Assembly: GCA_001179505.1 (NCBI GenBank)
Contig: CDMY01001047.1
Coordinates: 1-5,135 of the forward strand
Length of the DNA stretch: 5,135 nt
Source: Vitrella brassicaformis CCMP3155
Lineage: Eukaryota > Protista > Chromerida
Reading direction: 5' to 3'
The notes below the pieces were generated by a model, which saw only the letters and a list, made by a program, of their open reading frames with translations, did no database searches and was not told the DNA's origin. Below, piece by piece: positions 1 through 5,135 of this stretch; position 1 is the stretch's first letter; every line of letters starts with the position of its first letter. A program made the translations under genes and the position numbers.

Positions 1-570
1 CAAAGTTGTTTCTGTCCATGTATGGCATCATGAAGGGTGGTCAACACAGATCTCACTTCGGTGATGGCTGATAAGATCGTGCCTCCTCAGAATGCTTTCC
101 TTGTCTTCTCCTCTCTCTCTCCGTTACACAGCAATCTACCCTAGTTCACAAGCTCGCAGTGGTTCGTCTTGCCAAGCTGGCAATCCTGACACTATGCATG
201 TGCATGCTGCTAGTTTAGTGCGTGACCTGGACAGGATCCCCTCGGGGTTACAGACACGAGTCTCGTTAAACACAACCAACCAACCACCTGCCATCACCCC
301 CCTGCACCACACACTAGCGAGCTGCACAAAGATCTGCCGTCAGCGATTCATTTCTCTGTCCCTTTGTGTGCCATCTCTTGTGAGTTCTGCAGGTCAGTGT
401 ACTGCCCCATGGGTACTGCCGCGTCACTCTGCAGAATGAATGGACTTCTCTATGGCTGCACAGTGCACAGCGGAAGAGGGCTACTCTGCTCTCTTCACCA
501 CCGTGGTACACTGATGGAAACCATGCAATACTCGATTGAGTGTGTGCCTGTGTGTGCACATCTATCTCAG

Positions 571-772
571 GCACTCACTGGAGAAAGATCTGCACTCGTC
601 ATGGCCTTGTTGGTCGCCCTCTGACTCCCCCAATATGTCGCCCGGCCACTGGGGCAACCGCAGCGAGAAGCGCCGGCAGATCAACGCCTACGTCACACTC
701 GTGGGTGCTATTGTCCTTGACTCTCTGGGTGGCTCTGGCTCGTTGACGCTTGCAATGTGGGTCCAGCAGCAG
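571..772 (+). pseudogene. Disrupted coding segment or exon in repeat copy 1
   Basis: Follows tgtgtgcacatctatctcag (acceptor-like) and ends at CAG|gtcag (alternative donor CTG|gtatgg at 806). Reads ALTGERSALVMALLVAL, then a 7-bp copy-1-only segment (622-628) starting with TGA, then PNMSPGHWGNRSEKRRQINAYVTLVGAIVLDSLGGSGSLTLAMWVQQQ in a shifted frame. May extend upstream because the same frame is open from 226. Confidence 0.55.
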
Positions 773-838
773 GTCAGAAGCCAGACCGTAGCACCGACCG
801 AGCTGGTATGGATGGGTGGACTGGATGTATGAGCGAGT

Positions 839-854
839 GAATGAATGAATGAAT
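839..854 (+). repeat. (GAAT)4 microsatellite within repeat copy 1
   Basis: Read directly; copy 2 carries five units. Confidence 0.85.
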
Positions 855-1090
855 AAATGAGTGTGGACATCGTACTGGGTTGGATGGCTCACGTGCCTAA
901 GTGTGTGTTGTATGACGACAACAGAGGCCATGATATATGGCAGAGAGGCGACAGTGAATGCGGTGCTGGCCAGATGTCACCTCCCGACCTGCCTGCGTTG
1001 GGTGTTTCCTGTACCTCTTCTCTTAATTGCCTGCAGTGGTTGTCACTGCCGACTCATTTCTTCAAGCATCCCTCTGTTGTGTGTATTTTG

Positions 1091-1112
1091 GAGAGAGAGA
1101 GAGAGAGAGAGA
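1091..1112 (+). repeat. (GA)11 microsatellite
   Basis: Perfect dinucleotide run read directly. Confidence 0.95.
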
Positions 1113-1256
1113 GTGCACGCCACACCCACACAGCTATACATGCGTTTAAATGCCACCACACGCCCACCAGCCACACACACAGACACATCAAAAGGCAGTG
1201 CGTGGAAGTGAGAGAGAGGGAGGAGAGCAGACAGCAAAGACCTTCTTCTTTCTCAC

Positions 1257-1272
1257 ATCCATCCATCCATCC
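1257..1272 (+). repeat. (ATCC)4 microsatellite
   Basis: Read directly. Confidence 0.85.
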
Positions 1273-1509
1273 GTCCCCGCACCAACCAACACACCACGCA
1301 CTCACACCCTCACACACACGGAGGGGCCTCCACCCACCCACCACCCCTTCGTGTGTGTATCCACTTTCTCGGTTCATGCTTTCATGACTGACCTCTCTCG
1401 TCCGTCCATGGGTGGCTGCCTCTATTCAGTGACGCCGCCGATGCAATAGAAGGGACACACCAGTACACCCACAGGCAGGCAGAAGACCAGGCACGCAGGC
1501 AGGATTGGT

Positions 1510-1521
1510 GGATGGATGGAT
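1510..1521 (+). repeat. (GGAT)3 microsatellite followed by a degenerate gaatgg unit
   Basis: Read directly. Confidence 0.7.
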
Positions 1522-1663
1522 GAATGGTACAGACACACAGAGACCTCCAGACTCACAGGGAGGCCCTGCAGCCCTTGAAATGGCGTGTGTGCGTGCGGAC
1601 ACACGCCATCTATCGTCTTCATTGTCTCGTTCACACACATGACGTCACACACGCGTCCATCCG

Positions 1664-1679
1664 GTCAGTCAGTCAGTCA
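1664..1679 (+). repeat. (GTCA)4 microsatellite
   Basis: Read directly. Confidence 0.85.
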
Positions 1680-2051
1680 AAGCATGGCATCCATCGTACG
1701 CACATCCCGTTCGTCAGCCCACGCAGCCAGCACCCACAGCAATATCGAGATAGATAAGACAGACACACATCCAGTTTGTCAGTATGGCATACACGGCTGC
1801 TGGTGTTAGGGGCGTCATGCTTGCCGACTTTGAGTGGCTGGTGTTGGTGTGTGCAAAGTGAGTGTGCTGCAGTGGAGGTATTGAGGTGATCAGTGGTGAA
1901 AGGGTGAAGGCATGGGTGAAGGGTGCAACCTAGTGGAAACGACGAATGGCGAACCCATGTCAGTTGGTAGTCTACAGAATAGCTCAAGATCAAGGCAAAC
2001 GGAGAGACAGGGAGGGGGAGACAAGAGGCCGTTAATCACACACACGACACA

Positions 2052-2085
2052 GACGGACGGACGGACGGACGGCGGATGGATGGAT
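2052..2085 (+). repeat. Compound microsatellite (GACG)5-gc-(GGAT)3
   Basis: Read directly. Confidence 0.9.
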
Positions 2086-2156
2086 GCACTGCATAGACGA
2101 CTGAGACACGCACGTTCATAAGACACACTCACACATTCACACACTCTCAGGGGGGC

Positions 2157-2180
2157 ATCCATCCATCCATCCATCCATCC
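2157..2180 (+). repeat. (ATCC)6 microsatellite
   Basis: Read directly. Confidence 0.92.
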
Positions 2181-2506
2181 AGTCATCCAATCGCTTTCAA
2201 CAGGACACACACCACGACAAGATCCATGCGTCATGCCATCCATCCGTCCATTCAGCGAGCCATCGGGGATCCACAGCACACACCAAACCGAAGAAGTAGA
2301 TCACACGAACGTAATGACACACATCACATGTCGACGAGCAGAAGAAGAGAAAGATCCTCAAGGCAAGAAAGACTAAGCAACCGAAAGGCATGAAACTACA
2401 CACCTTTGCTGCAAAACGCAAACGAACATGTGACTGCCATGCATGGACCCGGGCACAAGTCGGTCCAGTCCTGCGGCTGGCGGTGGAATCCACCGATCGT
2501 TTGGGT

Positions 2507-2521
2507 CCCTCCCTCCCGCCC
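2507..2521 (-). promoter_or_regulatory. Canonical G-quadruplex motif GGGCGGGAGGGAGGG in the putative 3' UTR
   Basis: Plus strand reads ccctccctcccgccc: four G3 runs with 1-nt loops on the gene's sense strand, 165 nt after the stop codon. Motif is seen directly; function and inclusion in the UTR are unproven. Confidence 0.45.
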
Positions 2522-2686
2522 TGTCCGATTGCCGGGGGGGGAAATGAGCCGCCAGCCACTTCACTTGTCAATCCACAACTCCCCAGGTGCACTGCACACA
2601 CAAGTGCCCAACAGCGTGCCGTCAGTCATACGACCAATGGCCCTCCCTGACATCAAACATGCACACGATGACGTCTGTTGTTGGCT

Positions 2687-4240
2687 TCACTCTCGTCTCC
2701 CACTCGCCCTTCTTCTCATCACCTTGTGGTGTGTATTGGTCGCGGACGTCCCGTTTTTCCGCCGCATATAGATGCTCCACACAAACGACCCGATTCGCCA
2801 CGAAACCGTCACCAGAGTGAAGAAGGCAGACACGACAAAGATTATCGGGTTGATGGCCACCGTCGCCCACACGATCGTCAGCACCAAGATGGGCACTTCG
2901 AGCAGGGCAAAGGCCACAATCCAGATGTGTTGGCATAGCGATGGAAAGCCACGGATGCCATAGTGAATGAACAGCGACACGAAGTCAGCCAGCGATAGGA
3001 CCATGATGACAAAGCCGACAACAAAATAGCCTTGTGCTTCTCTATAAAGACGGATGAATGTAGTAACATGGCACTCCTTATCATCATCACTCCACATCCA
3101 CTCCTCATTGGTGATCCCGCAAATGGAACTTGCAAGCGAAAAAAGTGATCCCAGAAAGCACTCCCAACCATCAGCACTCCACGGCCGCTGATCAAGGGTG
3201 ATCCCACAAATGGACTCTGCACGATACCATAGCCCTGCACGATCCCTTACACTTTCTCGAATCCAGCTGAAACATTCCCAACCCACTGCAGCATCGGTGA
3301 CGAAGTCCATTGCCATCCCCACAACGGCCAGCAGTTTATACAACCGAATGAAAGGGAGATAGTCCATCCGTTTGAGCCACCGCTTGACCACCGAGCGGTA
3401 GAGGAAGGGCTCTGTTTGTCGAGCCTTGGCTATGCGCTCGGCCGTCGGCGAGGGTCTCCACCCTGCCCGACGGCCGCAGCACGAGAGCCGGTTGTGATCG
3501 CCGTCGATTTCCTTTCCACCCGTCGGGTTGGTCGATGCACGGATAAGCCTCGGCTCCGACAAGACAACGAAGAGGGTGAACTGCAGGAGGATCCCACCAG
3601 CCGCCCATGCCAGTATGCCGTGGCGCAGGCCCACCACAGGAACCATACCCAACCACACGCTCCCGGCTGCGACGATTGTCAGAACGATAGAGAAATAGAT
3701 GAGCCATCGAGTGCCCCACCAGAGAGGCGGTGCAAACAGACTTCCCAATCCAACGAGGAGCATCAGAAAGGGCGGTGCCAAAATCCCAATATCCGTACCC
3801 CCATTTGCCATGAAAGAAGGCTCTCCTCCAAGGATAGGGAGAAGGATTTCGCCCCCCCACCACCAGACTGCATAGATCAGGACGAGACCGATGATGAGAA
3901 GGAAATGCCTCAGAGGGTAGTCCGTCAGCCACAAGGTCACACAGCCAATCCGCAGCACCAGAAAGCCCCACAGATCGCCCTCCTCAGCCGAAGCATCCCC
4001 GTCGCCAGGTGTGTGAGCCCGGCCGTCCACTGCAGGGGTGGAGACCGATGTCGAGACGGTGGTGGGAATGTCTGAGAGCCGAGCGCCGCCTTCGCCATCT
4101 CCTTGAGCCTCCGATTGATGCTCCGGTGACTCCGCTGGCCTTTTCATCGAGACGTCCAATTCAGAAGCTGATTGTCTGAGGACGTCTGAGGGATCAGCCG
4201 TGGCGGGAGGAGGGGCGCTCACAGACGTGGGCGGCCTCAT
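2687..4240 (-). CDS. Uncharacterised multi-pass membrane protein (517 aa, about 8-9 TM helices); C-terminal 4-TM module possibly XK-related-like
   Basis: Longest ORF in the window: ATG at 4240-4238, TGA at 2689-2687, no microsatellite interruption. An in-frame upstream stop lies at 4321-4319 with no intervening ATG. Architecture is protein-like: Pro/Ser/Asp-rich N-terminal tail (aa 1-89), hydrophobic segments at about aa 90-106, 113-137, 151-175, 179-204 and 208-227, a basic loop containing SCCGRR, further helices at about 303-319, 405-427, 439-462 and 466-488, and a basic C-tail. Family not firmly recognised. Confidence 0.9.
   Translation of the reverse strand: MRPPTSVSAPPPATADPSDVLRQSASELDVSMKRPAESPEHQSEAQGDGEGGARLSDIPTTVSTSVSTPAVDGRAHTPGDGDASAEEGDLWGFLVLRIGCVTLWLTDYPLRHFLLIIGLVLIYAVWWWGGEILLPILGGEPSFMANGGTDIGILAPPFLMLLVGLGSLFAPPLWWGTRWLIYFSIVLTIVAAGSVWLGMVPVVGLRHGILAWAAGGILLQFTLFVVLSEPRLIRASTNPTGGKEIDGDHNRLSCCGRRAGWRPSPTAERIAKARQTEPFLYRSVVKRWLKRMDYLPFIRLYKLLAVVGMAMDFVTDAAVGWECFSWIRESVRDRAGLWYRAESICGITLDQRPWSADGWECFLGSLFSLASSICGITNEEWMWSDDDKECHVTTFIRLYREAQGYFVVGFVIMVLSLADFVSLFIHYGIRGFPSLCQHIWIVAFALLEVPILVLTIVWATVAINPIIFVVSAFFTLVTVSWRIGSFVWSIYMRRKNGTSATNTHHKVMRRRASGRRE
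3071..3214 (-). repeat. Intragenic duplication with 87-nt (29-aa) period
   Basis: 3071-3127 versus 3158-3214 match at 45/57 nt. They encode SICGITLDQRPWSADGWEC (aa 343-361) and SICGITNEEWMWSDDDKEC (aa 372-390). Confidence 0.9.
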
Positions 4241-4305
4241 GCCTGTGAGCCGTGCGAATAGACGCGATGTTCGAAGGCCGTGTTGCAGATCCGCTGTGTA
4301 GTGAG

Positions 4306-4397
4306 CTGGGCAGCCAAATCACGGCGGTATCAGAGAACAGAGAGAGAGAAATGTCAGCTGAGAGGCAGTGAGAGGCCTTGCGTGTTGGTCGCCTTAC
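4306..4397 (-). other. Candidate 92-nt 5'-UTR intron of the membrane protein gene
   Basis: On the minus strand: GTAAGG donor (4397-4392), CTGAC branch-like motif (4357-4353), polypyrimidine tract ttctctctctctgttctctg, and the first downstream AG at cccAG (4307-4306). Splicing brings in no upstream in-frame ATG. Confidence 0.45.
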
Positions 4398-4787
4398 TGT
4401 GTGCCTCTCTGCTGCCTCTCTGCTCCCTTTCTTCGTCTCTCTCTCCTCCGTTGCGCGATCCGAGCAGGGATTGGGCGTTAGGGCAGGCGCCGTATAACAC
4501 GCACACGACTCAAAAACCACGAAAAAGAGAGAGATCCACCTCACCATCACCCCCCTGCGCCACACACTAGCGAGCTGCACAAAGATCTGCAGTCAGCGAT
4601 TCAGTTCTCTTTCCCTTTGTGTGCCGTCTCTTGTGAGTTCTGCAGGTCAGTGTACTGCCGCGTCACTCTACAGGATGAATGGACTTCTCTGTGCTGTACA
4701 GTGGACAGCCGAAGAGGGGTACACTGATGGATGGAAACCGTGCAGTACTCAGCTGAGTGTGTGGTTGTGTGTGCGCATTTATCTCAG

Positions 4788-4992
4788 GCGCTCGCTGGAG
4801 AAAGATCTGCACTCGTCATGGCCTTGCTGGTCGCCCTCCCCAATGTGTCGCAGGGACACTGCGGGAACCGCAGCGAGAAGCGCCGGCAGATCAACGAAGA
4901 ATCCGGGCCTTCATTGGGCATGACGACTACGCCACACTCGTGGGTGCTATTGTCCGGGCTCGTTGACGCTTGCAATGTGGGTCCAGCAGCAG
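4788..4992 (+). pseudogene. Disrupted coding segment or exon in repeat copy 2
   Basis: Same splice-like boundaries (atttatctcag|GCG ... CAG|gtcag). Reads ALAGERSALVMALLVALPNVSQGHCGNRSEKRRQINEE, shifts frame near 4900 to IRAFIGHDDYATLVGAIV, and shifts again at 4956 (net 19 bp missing versus copy 1) to GSLTLAMWVQQQ. Confidence 0.55.
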
Positions 4993-5058
4993 GTCAGAAG
5001 CCAGACCGTAGCACCGACCGAGCTGGTATGGATGGGTGGACTGGATGAATGAGCGAGT

Positions 5059-5078
5059 GAATGAATGAATGAATGAAT
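5059..5078 (+). repeat. (GAAT)5 microsatellite within repeat copy 2
   Basis: Read directly; one unit longer than in copy 1. Confidence 0.85.
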
Positions 5079-5135
5079 AAATGAGTGTGGACATCGTACT
5101 GGGTTGGATGGCTCACGTGCCTAAGTGTGTGTTGT

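Larger units (their letters stand above)
291..911 (+). repeat. Direct repeat copy 1 (about 620 bp; right end undefined because copy 2 is truncated)
   Basis: Manual alignment to 4544-5135 from ccatcacccccctgc to ctaagtgtgtgttgt. Offset is 4253 at the left end and 4224 at the right end. About 31 substitutions plus 8 indels in total. Homology may begin at ccacct (284/4536). Confidence 0.97.
4544..5135 (+). repeat. Direct repeat copy 2 (runs off the window end)
   Basis: Colinear match to 291-911 up to the last base of the window. Confidence 0.97.

Noticed and set aside
100-283. Extension of repeat homology to the left (ctctctctccgtt near 113-125 versus 4440-4452; acacgagtc versus acacgactc)
   Set aside because: Short matches in low-complexity pyrimidine or CA-rich sequence with inconsistent spacing.
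852-857. AATAAA polyadenylation signal (also 5076-5081)
   Set aside because: Arises from a degenerate unit (gaat to aaat) at the end of the GAAT microsatellite; no independent support.
927-1000. Possible next plus-strand exon (AMIYGREATVNAVLAR...) after repeat copy 1
   Set aside because: The first AG (923-924) gives a stop in phase 0. Keeping frame requires the second AG, no clear donor follows, and copy 2 is not available for comparison.
857-2650. Numerous 60-176 aa ORFs on both strands in the spacer
   Set aside because: Translations are dominated by microsatellite-derived runs (ERER, HPSI, DGWM, HTH, CVCV); no coherent protein or consistent exon chain.
3416-4075. 219-aa plus-strand ORF, plus the 211-aa alternative-frame ORF 3336-3971 and other ORFs overlapping the CDS
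   Set aside because: Antisense or frame-shifted shadows of a GC-rich CDS with no recognisable domain.
4326-4335. GGTATCAGAG, resembling the tRNA-iMet primer-binding site TGGTATCAGAGC
   Set aside because: Only 10 of 12 match, lacking the TGG start. It lies about 200 bp before repeat copy 2 on the plus strand, the wrong side for a PBS.
291-5135. LTR retrotransposon or endogenous virus with an env-like internal ORF
   Set aside because: No gag, protease, RT or integrase motifs. No TG...CA terminus or primer-binding site at the defined repeat edge. The repeats look like decayed coding sequence. The right ends and any target-site duplication lie outside the window, so a non-autonomous element is not formally excluded.
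1-5135. CRISPR array, tRNA or rRNA genes
   Set aside because: No regularly spaced repeats with unique spacers, no cloverleaf with A/B boxes, and no conserved rRNA motifs seen.

Overview
Eukaryotic-looking window rich in short microsatellites: (GA)n, (CA)n-like, (ATCC/GGAT)n, (GAAT)n, (GACG)n. The composition resembles chromerid/alveolate DNA such as Vitrella, but that is inference only. There is one convincing gene, an uninterrupted minus-strand CDS (2687-4240, 517 aa) for a polytopic membrane protein with a disordered N-terminus and about 8-9 hydrophobic helices. Its C-terminal four helices show a motif pattern like one half of an XK-related (Xkr) scramblase. The loop between the first two of those helices was expanded by an internal Cys-bearing duplication. 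The gene lies between two diverged direct repeats of about 0.6 kb (291-911 and 4544-5135, the second cut by the window edge). Each repeat holds a broken copy of the same plus-strand coding segment, with different, complementary lesions, so a stop-free 75-codon frame can be rebuilt. The repeats are about 92% identical at their 5' ends but 174/175 identical at their 3' ends. No rRNA, tRNA, CRISPR array, transposase or reverse transcriptase is visible.
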